A DNA stretch of 64,000 nucleotides, taken from NCBI RefSeq assembly GCF_021028975.2, contig NC_059430.1:33480001-33544000 (forward strand), in the 5' to 3' direction. Position 1 is the first letter of the stretch; each line of letters opens with the position of its first letter. The position numbers and the translations under genes are program-made. Of the stretch, positions 63,921-64,000 are shown in pieces. The notes under the pieces are model-generated. The model was not told the origin of the DNA, made no database searches, and was given only the letters and a program-made list of their open reading frames with translations. This DNA is from Sphaerodactylus townsendi (lineage: Eukaryota).

Positions 63921-64000
63921 GAGAATGCTGCTAGAACACGGCCATACAGCCCGGAAACCACACAGCACCCAACTCAGTGTCAGTTTGAGGACATATCCAA

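Larger units (their letters stand above)
62643..63972 (-). mobile_element. Penelope-like element (Poseidon-type), 5'-truncated with inverted pLTR
   Basis: GIY-YIG endonuclease C-terminus; ~515-bp inverted arms 62677-63192 / 63458-63972; tail ccggccgtgaaagccttcgacaatac on one arm only; TSD ccaactcagtgtca (62629-62642; 63969-63982). Confidence 0.93.

Overview
Eukaryotic (vertebrate) genomic DNA. The repeat content (Sauria and Squam3-type SINEs, CR1, L1/Tx1, L2, RTE-X, Penelope-like elements, SPIN/OC1-like hAT MITEs) points to a squamate reptile, probably a gecko; this is inference. The window appears to lie almost entirely within large introns of one minus-strand gene. I can support only one 86-nt coding exon (25022-25107, [29 protein letters not shown]) and cannot name the gene. 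All long ORFs I can recognise are retroelement remnants: a near full-length young CR1 (52131-56838, with an esterase ORF1, EN-RT ORF2 and tandem 5' monomers), an RTE-X LINE, L1 fragments and a Penelope GIY-YIG endonuclease. The most notable structure is a set of Penelope-derived insertions carrying minimal hammerhead ribozymes. These are a 1.3-kb inverted element with ~515-bp near-identical arms, a 260-bp palindromic double-ribozyme element and a 94-bp ribozyme-only insertion. Each has a 13-14-bp TSD and the same internal breakpoint. TE-free stretches carry homeodomain/Hox motif clusters suggestive of developmental enhancers, including four TAATTGG sites at exact 15-bp spacing. Family names come from recalled consensus features, not database searches. 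Boundaries without TSDs are approximate.
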